Positions 33,138 to 43,053 are shown, counted from the stretch's first letter. The stretch is DNA of 64,000 nt from Diplonema japonicum (GCA_964019335.1 OZ025660.1:558001-622000), one strand, 5' to 3'. Notes: generated by a model from the sequence alone, not told the origin. Numbers and translations: made by a program.

Positions 33138-33560
33138 CTATCTGTTAATACTCCCCTTCTGGAGCATTGCTTTCATTCCGATTGAGGCCGTGAGCGTCTT
33201 GCGGAGTCGTGTGATGCGGTCCCGCTTGTAGTCGGCTTTCAATTCCATTAGCTTGTCGTGCGTGGAGCGGGTGGCGAAAATTGGCCTCCTGGAGAAACCA
33301 ATAGCTGCCTTTCCTCCAATGGCGATGAGGGACTTCACTCTTTTTCTCTCGTCCGCTGGGAAGGGGCGTCGCTTCTTCCGTGCCCTGCATGCTGTGTTTA
33401 TCTTTACGATGAGAGCTTTGATTCTGCGCGCCCTATCTTCCAGCAGGCCTCCCAAAGACTTTCCGGTCGTCCATTCGAAGTCAATGGCCAGTTCCACCGC
33501 CGACACCTCCGAGGTGGTGTCCTTCTCCACCCAGCGCAGTTGTGACAACCATTGTAGCAG
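33138..33560 (-). CDS. Hypothetical coding segment, 5' structure unresolved
   Basis: Coding-like composition (ELAIDFEWTTG...); start and introns not resolved. Confidence 0.35.
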   Translation of the reverse strand: MLQWLSQLRWVEKDTTSEVSAVELAIDFEWTTGKSLGGLLEDRARRIKALIVKINTACRARKKRRPFPADERKRVKSLIAIGGKAAIGFSRRPIFATRSTHDKLMELKADYKRDRITRLRKTLTASIGMKAMLQKGSINR

Positions 33561-33861
33561 CGGGTTCAGAAAAAATAAAAAAAGAAAAGAAAAAAAGGGA
33601 CAGGTAGAAACAGAGAGGTAAAAGACGGCGTCTTGCAACATATCACATCTTTTAAAATCTTCTAAAAATCGAAGAGGGAAAAAAAAAAAAAAAAAAAAGC
33701 CTAACCGGGAGTCTTCCGACACACCCGGAGGGTTAGTCATATATTTCATTTCTTTTTTTTTTTTTTTTTTCATTCAAAAAAAAAAAAAAAAAAAACACGC
33801 CACTTTCTTCTCTTCTATTCTATTTATTTTTGACAAGGGGGTGTAGAAGCGCGTATTTGCT

Positions 33862-35439
33862 TTATTCAGATTTGTGCACCGTGACTTCTTCATGTGTCTC
33901 ATCAACGGTAATGGTGTCGGTGTTGCACACAACAACCTTCTCATCGGTGGTTTGCTTGCACTCATCGCCGTCCATTTCGATGACATTCACAGTCTCGGTG
34001 TAGGTGTGGGTGCCATCGTCAGCCTCTTTTTCAGTGACAATGACTTGCTGTGTGTGTGTTTTCCCATTGATCTCGATGGTATCTGTCACTTCACGCACAA
34101 GCTCCCCACCCTCGGTGCGCTCACTCTCCACGTGGTGCAGAGCACGCTCGTTCTGCCCCACAGATTCCTTGTGCACGACATCGAGGGTCTTTTCGTCCCC
34201 GTGGGTAATCACTACAGTTTCTTGTACCACTTTTCGTTCCTTATCCCCTACAGCTGATATTTTCTCAACCTTTTCTGTGTGGATGTGTCCCTCGGAGATG
34301 TCTTTATCTGTCACTGTTGTCCGCACCTCTTCCGCTACATTCCCCACCTTCACTGTGTCCGTCACTTCGTGGATGTGTGCTCCTCCGACGTCTCTGTCCT
34401 TCTCCATGTGCTGAGCAGCGCACACGCCAAGCTTCGGGTCTTCTCTGATCGCAGCTTCTTTGTGTATCTCGTCCACTGTCACTGCGTCTCCTCGCTTCAC
34501 GACAACCTTTTCGTCCGCAACTGCACGCTGCTCCTTCCCATTCTTCGACGAAGTTGTCACCACCTCTGTGTGGACATGGCCGTCGGTGATGTCCTTGTCT
34601 GTTACTACCGCATGCTGTTTCTGTACGCCTTTCTCAGTGGTGACGGTGTCTCTGATTTCATGAACAGAGGTGCCGTCCTTCTCCGTCCTGTCGGACTCGA
34701 CGTGGTGGTTGGTGGCCTTGTTCTTGTTGTTGACCTCCTGGTGCAGCACGTCGACGGTTGTGGTGTTGCCTTTCTGCAGGACAACCTTTGAATCGACGAC
34801 AGCTTCTTTCTCGCCTTCGATTTCTGAAAGTTTCTCAACTGCTTCGGTGTGGACGTGGCATTGCTTTGTGTCCTTGTCGGTCACGACACGGTGTGACTCC
34901 TTCGTCGCACCAGGGACCTTGACAACGTCCAGCTCCTCGTGTATGGTAGTCCCGTCTACTTTTCTGTCGTCGACGGCGTGCTGTGTGGAGCTGATGCTGT
35001 TGTTCTTCTCGAGGGTAGTGAGTTCCTCATGGTGGTGTGCGTCTTTTCCGTCCGTGTCCGTGACTGTTCTTTTTATCACGCCCTGCTCATTTGAGGTCAC
35101 ACGCTCTACCTCGTGGATGTGCTTCCCATCAACATCAGTGTCTGTGACCGTTTTCTGCACGTGTGTGTTGTTCTTGTCCGTGTCTGTCACTTCTTTGTGC
35201 ACGTGTGTGCCGTGTCCCGCGTCCCTCTCCACCACCTCCTTGTGTACGGTTTCACCGTCTTTTTCAATTTCGGTTGTCTCCGTGTGCGTGTGGTGGTCAC
35301 CAGGTCCCATCTTATCAACTACTTCCTTATGCACGTGTTGCCCGAGTTCGTCATGGTCCCTGATCACCTTTGTGATGGTCACATCCCTGTCGGTGACTGT
35401 TTCAGTCGTGGTCACGTCTTTTGTTGGTGCGTGCGGCAT
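33862..35439 (-). CDS. His/Val/Thr/Glu/Lys-rich repeat protein, long form
   Basis: 525 aa with four ~93-aa repeats marked by VTDKD..GHVHTE; no signal peptide. Confidence 0.88.
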   Translation of the reverse strand: MPHAPTKDVTTTETVTDRDVTITKVIRDHDELGQHVHKEVVDKMGPGDHHTHTETTEIEKDGETVHKEVVERDAGHGTHVHKEVTDTDKNNTHVQKTVTDTDVDGKHIHEVERVTSNEQGVIKRTVTDTDGKDAHHHEELTTLEKNNSISSTQHAVDDRKVDGTTIHEELDVVKVPGATKESHRVVTDKDTKQCHVHTEAVEKLSEIEGEKEAVVDSKVVLQKGNTTTVDVLHQEVNNKNKATNHHVESDRTEKDGTSVHEIRDTVTTEKGVQKQHAVVTDKDITDGHVHTEVVTTSSKNGKEQRAVADEKVVVKRGDAVTVDEIHKEAAIREDPKLGVCAAQHMEKDRDVGGAHIHEVTDTVKVGNVAEEVRTTVTDKDISEGHIHTEKVEKISAVGDKERKVVQETVVITHGDEKTLDVVHKESVGQNERALHHVESERTEGGELVREVTDTIEINGKTHTQQVIVTEKEADDGTHTYTETVNVIEMDGDECKQTTDEKVVVCNTDTITVDETHEEVTVHKSE

Positions 35440-35586
35440 ATTTTTTTAGTTTTTTTTTATGGTTGAACTGTGTTTTTAACTTCCCTTTTCCCTGCTGTTC
35501 CTGCCTGTGCCTTCAGGTTGGACTAAGTGAGTATGATTCTTTTTTGGCATTTTCAATTTTGGCCCTTTTTCTTTTTTTTGGTACAT

Positions 35587-35649
35587 TTTTCTTGAACCAA
35601 TATTATTCCGTATCCCTTACTACAAAGGGCAAGGAGGGTTGCAGGTACT
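35587..35649 (-). ncRNA. AGA-box guide RNA H3 copy
   Basis: Differs from 1735-1797 only in the apical loop. Confidence 0.62.
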
Positions 35650-35670
35650 TCTTCGTGTGTTTTCCCCCGC

Positions 35671-35722
35671 GTATCTCGCAGGTTTTTGACCCTCACTTGA
35701 ACCAGCAACATGGTAACACTGC
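35671..35722 (-). pseudogene. Degenerate H4 copy
   Basis: Deletion removes the CGUGUU pocket strand. Confidence 0.65.
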
Positions 35723-35748
35723 TGCGCTCGTGTGTTGTGTGTGCCCAC

Positions 35749-35816
35749 ATGTCTCGCACCCCTCCAACGCCTCTTTCATGTATGAAGAACGCGAAGTGGT
35801 GTTAATTAAGGGTGCT
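35749..35816 (-). ncRNA. AGA-box guide RNA H5 copy
   Basis: Identical to 1926-1993. Confidence 0.75.
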
Positions 35817-36029
35817 CTCCTTTCCTTCTACTTCTCCTCCCTGGGTGGTCCCCCATCCCCTTTCCCCCCGTTGTGTAGATCACAAGCGCCCATTCCAAGC
35901 ATCAACAGTCCAACGGGTGCCGATTACAGCGTTGCCGATCTTTCTTTGCGGGGTATCGTGTTCTGCATTTTGTGAAGGTGCTGGCTTTCCCATTGTGGTG
36001 GTGCTTCTTCCCTCCCTTTCTTCATGGAA

Positions 36030-36124
36030 GACATCAGAAGAGGTGTAGTTTGTTGATAATGTTCCATTTCACGCCCCCCCAGGGGGAGGTCATCTAACCG
36101 CAATATCGTGTCTCATCATCTGTC
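36030..36124 (-). ncRNA. Box C/D snoRNA CD2 copy
   Basis: Identical boxes and guides. Confidence 0.82.
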
Positions 36125-36167
36125 TGCTGAAACCAAACAAATCAAAAAGAAACAAAAAGAAAAGCAG

Positions 36168-36232
36168 CGTTCTCACCAGCACATCGAACCACATGCACCA
36201 TGATGAGCTGCTGCGGTATTGCAATGCGGGTT
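36168..36232 (-). ncRNA. AGA-box guide RNA H9
   Basis: ACC.GCA/UGC.GGU stem, ACCGCA/UGUGGU upper stem; pocket predicts target AUCGA-UN-AUUGCAA, fitting the SSU GGGAUNGANNAUUGCAAUU region (tentative). Confidence 0.75.
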
Positions 36233-36258
36233 TCCTACTGCAACGCTCCTTGGCACTC

Positions 36259-36328
36259 TCATCTCCCGCCCACTTTCACCCTGCAGCACAAACAGAGTGT
36301 GACTGCTGCAACGACAGCGGAGGGCGGT
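36259..36328 (-). ncRNA. AGA-box guide RNA H8 copy
   Basis: Intact stems and AGA tail. Confidence 0.75.
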
Positions 36329-36388
36329 GGAAGAGCCAGGATAGAATGAAATTGTGTCGAATGAAGAGCCTTGGCTACAAATGGAAAG

Positions 36389-36475
36389 AAGTCAGAAGTC
36401 CTTGTTTGTAAATCATGAATTGAAAGATCAGAAGCAAGACTGGCATGTCGTGAAAGGGTCGTTGTCATCATCTTG
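36389..36475 (-). ncRNA. Box C/D snoRNA CD3 (snR61/U38-like, LSU Am)
   Basis: ATGATGA...CTGA(D')...ATGATT(C')...CTGA. D' guide GCCAGUCUUGCUU pairs with AAGCAAGACUGGC, a variant of conserved LSU UAAGCAGAACUGGC; the +5 rule selects the A after AAGC. Confidence 0.85.
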
Positions 36476-36594
36476 GTTTGTGCAAAAAAGGACATCAAAA
36501 AGGCAAAAGAGAACCGCTGGAGTCTCACGCTGATAAAGCTCCCACCTTAGAGGGCATCTATTAATTTTCTTTTATTTTATTTCACCCTAATTAC

Positions 36595-36745
36595 CTCAGT
36601 TTATTTTTCAAAAAACACAGTTCTATCGCAGACCAGCCAACCCTGAAGGGCCGACCGACTAGGATCGGAGGTGACAGAATGGGTGTGTTGAGTTCTCATC
36701 ACAGAGTTCCCATTCGTAGGAAAGTCCCCGCTTCTCCCAAAACAG
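36595..36745 (-). ncRNA. Unassigned structured RNA X (three copies)
   Basis: Conserved module with GTGATGA and CTGA motifs, three hairpins and an AGAACU motif; class unknown. Confidence 0.5.
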
Positions 36746-36754
36746 AAAAAAAGG

Positions 36755-36853
36755 AGACATCAGAACAGATCTTGGTTTGCGAATGGAATGGTTGTACACA
36801 CTGCACCCAAAGGTGCTTCATACGCCAGGTAAAGTGGTGTCATCATCTTGTCT
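36755..36853 (-). ncRNA. Box C/D snoRNA CD4
   Basis: ATGATGA (36846-36840), D' ATGA, CTGA (36763-36760), AGACA/TGTCT terminal stem. D guide AACCAAGAUCUG is complementary to LSU CAGAUCUUGGU(U). Confidence 0.88.
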
Positions 36854-36896
36854 TAGGTAGGTTTGGCTGTTGGGCTCCTCCTCTTCCATGATGAGG

Positions 36897-36961
36897 TGTT
36901 CTCACCAGCACATCGAACCACATGCACCATGATGAGCTGCTGCGGTATTGCAATGCGGGTT
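36897..36961 (-). ncRNA. AGA-box guide RNA H9 copy
   Basis: Identical to 36168-36232. Confidence 0.75.
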
Positions 36962-36987
36962 TCCTACTGCAAAGCTCCTTGGCACTC

Positions 36988-37055
36988 TCATCTCCCGCAC
37001 TTTCACCCTGCAGCACAAACAGAGTGTGACCGCTGCAACGACAGCGGAGGGCGGT
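36988..37055 (-). ncRNA. AGA-box guide RNA H8 copy (weakened)
   Basis: 2-nt deletion in the lower stem; may be decaying. Confidence 0.5.
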
Positions 37056-37110
37056 GAAAGAGCCAGGATGGAATGAAATTGAGTCAAGAGCCTTGACAAC
37101 AAATGGAAAG

Positions 37111-37196
37111 AAGTCAGAAGTCCTTGTTGTAAATCATGAATTGAAAGATCAGAAGCAAGACTGGCATGTCGTGAAAGGGTCGTTGTCATCATCTTG
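37111..37196 (-). ncRNA. Box C/D snoRNA CD3 copy
   Basis: Boxes and guides intact. Confidence 0.85.
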
Positions 37197-37236
37197 GTTT
37201 GCGCAATTATTTTTCTTTTCTTCGTCTCGCTTCCGC

Positions 37237-37305
37237 TTATCTCGCAGGTTTTTGACCCTCACTTGAACCAGCAGCATGGGTTCGCAAGGAACACGAAACA
37301 CTGCT
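37237..37305 (-). ncRNA. AGA-box guide RNA H4 copy
   Basis: Intact pocket and AGA. Confidence 0.88.
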
Positions 37306-37586
37306 GTCAGATTTAACAGAAGTGTGCAAATGGGAGAACAGTGCAAGACAAAGGAGAAGAATGGCAAATGAAATATTAGGAATACTAGAACAGCGAAAGC
37401 CCAATGTCCTTCGAGAATTAAAAGATAAAAGGGAACAAAGGAAGAGAGGGAGTGGAGGGAGGGAAAAGTGTAACCAGACATGTGTCATGGTTACGAGGTA
37501 TAACGGGGGAGGAGGGGGGGATGCTCTCGGCCCACCACAGGTGGGCGAGGGGGATCATATAGGTACTGTCTATTTTCCAAGGAAAA

Positions 37587-37661
37587 AAACTAGTGGCTCC
37601 ATCTGTTTGTGCGCACTGTTATAATAACAAGAATTACTCAACGTGCGCCAACAACTAGTTT
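37587..37661. mobile_element. MITE-like family A, copy 2
   Basis: Similar to 28642-28728; absent from the corresponding 3' flank of LPMO copies 3 and 4. Confidence 0.5.
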
Positions 37662-37793
37662 CAAGTCTCACAATTGAATTTTTAAAACAAAAGACACGAT
37701 GCACAAGTCACAGAAGAAGAATAAGAAGAGGAAGCCTAAAAAGTAGTTGTTGCTGTCTTGTCCCAATTAAGTCGTGTTGTTGTTGTTGCTGTT

Positions 37794-38858
37794 TCAGCCA
37801 ATCTTGTAGCCGAGGTGGTTGCCGGTAAGGCATTGGGCGTACCACCTGCTCTGCTTGTAGCAAGAGGCCCCGCCGGAGCAGCAGGTGGGGGCGTGAAGGC
37901 AGCTTCCCCACTTCGGGATCGCCGTGCGGCAACCAGAGGAAGGAGGGGGAACAGGAACGGGGACAGGTGGGACAGGAACAGGAGGAGTGGGAGGGGTGGG
38001 GACAGGTGGTGTGTTCCCGTTCCCCGCTGCAGGGATGCACTGGGAATACCACTGGCTCTGCCTGTCGCACACCGCCCCTTGCGTGCAGCAGTGCATCGCG
38101 CTCGTGCAAGCCCCCCACATGGGAATCGTCCTCGAGCACCCTGTGGTGGGGGGAACAGGGACAGGGGGAACGGGAACGGGGGGAACAGGAACAGGTGGGA
38201 CAGGAACAGGAGGAGTGGGAGGGGTGGGAACAGGGGGAACCGGAACAGGAGGAACAGGGTTCCCACCGCCACCACCACCACCACCACCACCTCCACTGAA
38301 GTCCAAGTCAACAGCGTTGTAGAAGCTTGCGGCGGTGTCACCGACATCCCAGATGGCGAGGACAACGTGGTAGCCCGACTTGGAGGGGAGGGTGCAGGAG
38401 TGGGTCGTCACCATCGGGGGCTTCACCATCCCGCCCGCCGCGGAGCAGAAGGGAGCATCCTCGAAGCTGCCCCTCCCGAGGGGAGCGTTCTGGTTCCACC
38501 CATCCTTCGTGATGTAGTACCTCCAGTCCAGGGTCACGTGGTTCGCCGTGAACTGCCAGGTGAAGTCGGTCCTGCCCCCGCTCGCTGCCGTCTTCGCCCA
38601 CCTGCTCGAAGACTGCTCGTTCAGAGGGGCCCAGGTTGCGCTCCCCGCCGCCGCCAGCTGCCCGTCCGGAGGACCGCTCGCTGGGTACCGGTCCGGTCCC
38701 TCCACACTCTGCGGCTCGTACTGCACCCCTCCGCACCCGCTGTTTGTCTTCAGCTTGCACGCGTAGTTCCGAGAAGGCGGGCTCATCACGTAGCCGTGTC
38801 CCTCAACCCGCACCACTGCTGCCGCTGCCAGCAGCATCGGAAGTCCCAAGCGCTTCAT
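37794..38858 (-). CDS. AA10 LPMO with two CBM1-like modules, copy 2
   Basis: 354 aa, near-identical to copy 1. Confidence 0.93.
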   Translation of the reverse strand: MKRLGLPMLLAAAAVVRVEGHGYVMSPPSRNYACKLKTNSGCGGVQYEPQSVEGPDRYPASGPPDGQLAAAGSATWAPLNEQSSSRWAKTAASGGRTDFTWQFTANHVTLDWRYYITKDGWNQNAPLGRGSFEDAPFCSAAGGMVKPPMVTTHSCTLPSKSGYHVVLAIWDVGDTAASFYNAVDLDFSGGGGGGGGGGGNPVPPVPVPPVPTPPTPPVPVPPVPVPPVPVPPVPVPPTTGCSRTIPMWGACTSAMHCCTQGAVCDRQSQWYSQCIPAAGNGNTPPVPTPPTPPVPVPPVPVPVPPPSSGCRTAIPKWGSCLHAPTCCSGGASCYKQSRWYAQCLTGNHLGYKIG

Positions 38859-38984
38859 TTCTGTTTTTGTTCTTTTCTTTTTTGTTTTGTGTGGAAACTG
38901 TGGAGTGAAAATAGAGACAGAGTAGCGAGCCTCCTCTCCCCCTTATTTCTCGTGGACCCTTTTTGAATGGGAAAAATGAATGGA

Positions 38985-39140
38985 TCAGTTTCCTTCTGTC
39001 ATTTATGTGTTAAAGGGGAATCAGGAGACTGTGTCTTCATAGAATGGCTCGCTTATAAGCTTGCTGAAAGCTCTTTTCCCTCCATTCCCATCACCCTTCC
39101 TTGGGCTTGACTGGCTCGCTTATAAGCTTGCTGAAAGCTC
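38985..39140 (-). pseudogene. Truncated CD1 fused to H1 fragments
   Basis: CD1 lacks box C and joins the H1 5' half at a TGG microhomology; the H1 fragment is then repeated. Confidence 0.65.
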
Positions 39141-39163
39141 TTTTCACTCCATTCCCATCACTC

Positions 39164-39228
39164 TCCTCTCGCATCAGGACTGGAGGATGGTATCTTTACT
39201 GCGAAAGGCCTTCCGTGGCACCCGTGCT
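39164..39228 (-). ncRNA. AGA-box guide RNA H2 copy
   Basis: Intact. Confidence 0.72.
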
Positions 39229-39674
39229 GTGTTCCTCGAGCTTTTACTTCACTCGCTCTTTCTTCTTCTTTGTGTCCTCATCTCCCGCCCTGCAGCACAA
39301 ACACAAAAACAAAATAAATACAAGGACAACTATTTTCTCTCTCTTTTATTACCAAAAAACAGTATGACAAGAGAAAAAACAAGTGGGGGACAGATCAAGA
39401 TGAAGAAAAACCATAGAACAAAGATTACAAAAGACAAATGAGTTAAAGGAGATCGTTGTGAGACGCTCCTGAAAAAAAGGAGGGAGGTGAGAAGAGAGAA
39501 TGCACCGGAAAAAATGGATGTATCACGGAAGGTTTTTCTTTTGAAAAAAGTGTGATATTCATACAAACCCTTTTTGCTCAGTGCAAATGTAAAGGAGGGG
39601 AAATGAAACCAGTTCCTTAACAGAAGCTGAGGATCAGATAAGAATGGGAAGGAGAGGGAGGATGTTCTAGTTCT

Positions 39675-40439
39675 CTAACCTTGCTTGACAGTGGCTTCCT
39701 TGTGGACCTCATCAATAGTCACACGACCGTTAGCTTCGGTGAGTACAGTTTTTTCGTCTACTACTGCATGGCACTTGTGGTTGGGGTCTCTGGTGATTTG
39801 CTCTACTTTTTCACGGTGGACGTGGCCAGCATAGGTGTCCTTGTCGGTGACAACAGTGTGTGTGGTTTCAACAGTGCCACGCACCTCCACAGTGTCAGTC
39901 ACCTCGTGGACGCGGGCCCCGTTGACGACCTTGTCGTCGACGACGTGCCGGGTCACACTGCTGCCGGTTCGAGGGTCGAGCTCAGTTTCAATGATTTTCT
40001 CAATGGTGGTGACCTCTTCGTGGTGGTGCGACCCTGGTTCGTCCCTGTCCGTGACCACTCTCTTCACGATGCCGTCTCCCAGAAGAGTGCGGTTCGTGGT
40101 CACCCTTTGCTCTTCGTGAATGTGGTTCCCATCAATCTCTGTGTCCGTCACCAGCTTTTTTACGTGCCTGTTGCCCTTGTCTGTGTTCGTCACCTCCTGG
40201 TGGATGTGCTCCCCATGCAAACCATCCTTCTCCGTCACCTCCCTGTGCACGAGTTCACCGTTCTTTTCAAAGTCCGTGCTCTCCGTGTGAGTGTGCCCAT
40301 TGGAGCTTACCTTGTCAATTACCTCCTTGTGCACGTGCTGTCCAAGTTCATCATGGTCCTTTACAACCTTTGTGATGGTCACATCCTTGTCGGTGATTGT
40401 TTCAGTCGTGGTCACGTCTTTTGTGGGCGCGTGCGACAT
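39675..40439 (-). CDS. His/Val/Thr-rich repeat protein, short form 1
   Basis: 254-aa paralog of 33862-35439 with one C-terminal repeat. Confidence 0.88.
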   Translation of the reverse strand: MSHAPTKDVTTTETITDKDVTITKVVKDHDELGQHVHKEVIDKVSSNGHTHTESTDFEKNGELVHREVTEKDGLHGEHIHQEVTNTDKGNRHVKKLVTDTEIDGNHIHEEQRVTTNRTLLGDGIVKRVVTDRDEPGSHHHEEVTTIEKIIETELDPRTGSSVTRHVVDDKVVNGARVHEVTDTVEVRGTVETTHTVVTDKDTYAGHVHREKVEQITRDPNHKCHAVVDEKTVLTEANGRVTIDEVHKEATVKQG

Positions 40440-40511
40440 TTGTTTTGTGGAGTGGAGGTTTTTTTGTTTCCTTTGTTTTTTTTAAATTGCTTGTGGGGGA
40501 GAGGGGAGGAT

Positions 40512-40577
40512 GATTCTTGCATCAGGACTGGAGGAAGGATCACTTTACAATTAAAGGCCTTCCGTGGCACCCGTGCT
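40512..40577 (-). ncRNA. AGA-box guide RNA H2 variant
   Basis: Same pockets and stems, different apex. Confidence 0.7.
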
Positions 40578-40604
40578 TTTTCTTTTAGTTTCTTTCTCCA
40601 CAAC

Positions 40605-40672
40605 ATGTCTCGCACCCCTCCAACGCCTCTTTCATGTATGAAGAACGCGAAGTGGTGTTAATTAAGGGTGCT
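40605..40672 (-). ncRNA. AGA-box guide RNA H5 copy
   Basis: Two single-nt deletions in homopolymers. Confidence 0.62.
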
Positions 40673-40763
40673 CTTTCTTCTCCTCGGGGGTTACTTTTCC
40701 TTTTTTTTTTCTTTTTTGTTGAACCTTTGGATTTCCCTCGTTTCGTGCCCTTTCCCTGGTTTA

Positions 40764-40915
40764 CTCAGTTTATTTTTCAAAAAAACACAGTTCTATCGCA
40801 GACCAGCCAACCCTGAAGGGCCGACCGACTAGGATCGGAGGTGACAGAATGGGTGTGTTGAGTTCTCATCACAGAGTTCCCATTCGTAGGAAAGTCCCCG
40901 CTTCTCCCAAAACAG
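40764..40915 (-). ncRNA. Unassigned structured RNA X, copy 2
   Basis: Identical to 36595-36745. Confidence 0.5.
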
Positions 40916-40925
40916 AAAAAAAGGA

Positions 40926-41020
40926 GACATCAGAACAGATCTTGGTTTGCGAATGGAATGGTTGTACACACTGCACCCAAAGGTGCTTCATACGCCAGGT
41001 AAAGTGGTGTCATCATCTTG
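40926..41020 (-). ncRNA. Box C/D snoRNA CD4 copy
   Basis: Boxes and guides intact. Confidence 0.86.
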
Positions 41021-41487
41021 CGTGCTTTGTCCAGGTTTGGCTTTGGCTCATACCCTTCTATGAGGATCAAAGCAGAAATCTACTAAGAAAAAAAATATCT
41101 TTTTAAAAAATAAAGAAGAAATGAAAGAAGGAAAGGAAGAACTAAGGAAGGAACATAAAAGGAAGAAAAAAAAGGGGGAAACGTAAAAAAGAATAACATT
41201 CTTTCCCCCCCCCCCCCCCTGCATACAATTAATAAATGAATCATACCAACGATAGAAGGGGTGTCCAGCAACCCCCCCCCCCCCCCCCCCACCAAAAGCT
41301 GGCAATAAAAAAAGCAGGACATCTTAAGATGTGCATGCAATTTAAAAAAAAAAAGTCGGTACTTAAGAGATCGCATACCGCTTTTTGTTTGAATGTAACA
41401 GGCTTTCATCTAAAGAGGAAGGGTCCCTTATCAAAGACCCCGTCTTTTTTTTTCTTTTTTTTTTTTTTTTGTATCCCCATCCTTCCT

Positions 41488-42243
41488 TTACTGGAGAGAG
41501 GATTTTCTGTGAGACTCGTCGACCTGTGTCACGACCCCATCCTTGGTGACGACAATTTTCTCGTCGACAGTAGTGTGCTCTGTGTTTCCGAGTTTGGTTG
41601 TTTTTTCAGTAGTCTCACGGTGGACGTGGCCAGCATAGGTGTCCTTGTCGGTGACAACAGTGCGTGTGGTTTCAACAGTGCCACGCACCTCCACAGTGTC
41701 AGTCACCTCGTGGACGCGGGCCCCGTTGACGACCTTGTCGTCGACGACGTGCCGGGTCACACTGTTCCCCAAGTCGGAGGGGTTTGATGTGTCGTTTGAT
41801 TTCTCAATGGTGGTGACCTCTTCGTGGTGGTGCGACCCTGGTTCGTCCCTGTCCGTGACCACTCTCTTCACGATGCCGTCTCCCAGAAGAGTGCGGTTCG
41901 TGGTTACTTTTTTCTGTTCATGAACGTGGTTCCCCTCTTTGTCCACATCCAGCACCTTTTCCTCCACGTGCCTGTCTCCTTTGTCTGTGTTCATTGACAC
42001 TTCGCGAACGTGCTCCCCATGCAAACCATCCTTCTCCGTCACCTCCCTGTGCACGAGTTCACCGTTCTTCTCAACATCCGTGCTCTCCGTGTGAGTGTGC
42101 CCATTGGGGCCTACTTTGTCGATTACCTCCTTGTGCACGTGCTGTCCAAGTTCATCATGGTCCTTTACAACCTTTGTGATGGTCACATCCTTGTCGGTGA
42201 TTGTTTCAGTCGTGGTCACGTCTTTTGTGGGCGCGTGCGACAT
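41488..42243 (-). CDS. His/Val/Thr-rich repeat protein, short form 2
   Basis: 251-aa paralog with blocks identical to 39675-40439. Confidence 0.88.
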   Translation of the reverse strand: MSHAPTKDVTTTETITDKDVTITKVVKDHDELGQHVHKEVIDKVGPNGHTHTESTDVEKNGELVHREVTEKDGLHGEHVREVSMNTDKGDRHVEEKVLDVDKEGNHVHEQKKVTTNRTLLGDGIVKRVVTDRDEPGSHHHEEVTTIEKSNDTSNPSDLGNSVTRHVVDDKVVNGARVHEVTDTVEVRGTVETTRTVVTDKDTYAGHVHRETTEKTTKLGNTEHTTVDEKIVVTKDGVVTQVDESHRKSSLQ

Positions 42244-42361
42244 TTGTTTTGTGGAATGGAGGAGTGGAGGGGTATTTTTTTCGCCTCTTTATTTGGTTTG
42301 TGTGTTTTTTTTTTTTCTTCTTCTTTGTATCTTCTCGTTCTCGATTTTCCTACAAAGTAGT

Positions 42362-42430
42362 GATTCTTGCATCAGGACTGGAGGAAGGATCACTTTAGAT
42401 GAGTAAAAGGCCTTCCGTGGCACCCGTGCT
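42362..42430 (-). ncRNA. AGA-box guide RNA H2 variant
   Basis: Same pockets, third apex variant. Confidence 0.7.
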
Positions 42431-42521
42431 TTTTAAGCCAAATCCAACGAACAAGTTAATTAAGATGCCAGAGTTACTTTTTAAAAAAGGAGATTTCTAC
42501 TTCAAAAGGTAACAAAAACAG

Positions 42522-42586
42522 TAGTCTCACGCTGATAAAGCTCCATTCCAAGCATGAGGTGCCCAACGGGTGGTATGTACAGCGTT
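42522..42586 (-). ncRNA. AGA-box guide RNA H6b
   Basis: H6 paralog with an altered 5' pocket strand. Confidence 0.65.
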
Positions 42587-42612
42587 TCTTTTCCTTTCAT
42601 ATTCCACCAGAA

Positions 42613-42678
42613 CTGTCTCGCATTGCTTCACAACCATCACCCTATTAAGAGGGAACTGGCTCGCTTATAAGCTTGCTG
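42613..42678 (-). ncRNA. AGA-box guide RNA H1 copy
   Basis: Intact. Confidence 0.7.
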
Positions 42679-42728
42679 AAAGCTTATTTCCCTCCTTCCT
42701 TTTGCTCTCCCATCTCTCTCTTCACTTC

Positions 42729-42793
42729 TCCTCTCGCATCAGGACTGGAGGATGGTATCTTTACTGCGAAAGGCCTTCCGTGGCACCCGTGCT
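42729..42793 (-). ncRNA. AGA-box guide RNA H2 copy
   Basis: Intact. Confidence 0.72.
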
Positions 42794-42843
42794 GTGTTCC
42801 TCGAGCTTTCACTTCACTCGCTCTTTTCTTCTTCTTTGTGTCC

Positions 42844-42913
42844 TCATCTCCCGCCCACTTTCACCCTGCAGCACAAACAGAGTGTGACTGCTGCAACGAC
42901 AGCGGAGGGCGGT
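42844..42913 (-). ncRNA. AGA-box guide RNA H8 copy
   Basis: Intact. Confidence 0.75.
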
Positions 42914-42967
42914 GAAAGAGCCAGGATGGAATGAAATTGTGTTTGAGCCTTGACGACAAATGGAAAG

Positions 42968-43053
42968 AAGTCAGAAGTCCTTGTTGTAAATCATGAATTG
43001 AAAGATCAGAAGCAAGACTGGCATGTCGTGAAAGGGTCGTTGTCATCATCTTG
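42968..43053 (-). ncRNA. Box C/D snoRNA CD3 copy
   Basis: Intact. Confidence 0.85.

Noticed and set aside
36718-36731. GGAAAGTCCCCG resembling RNase MRP CR-I on the plus strand
   Set aside because: No downstream CR-V (GGGGCU) partner, and it is opposite to the transcribed strand.
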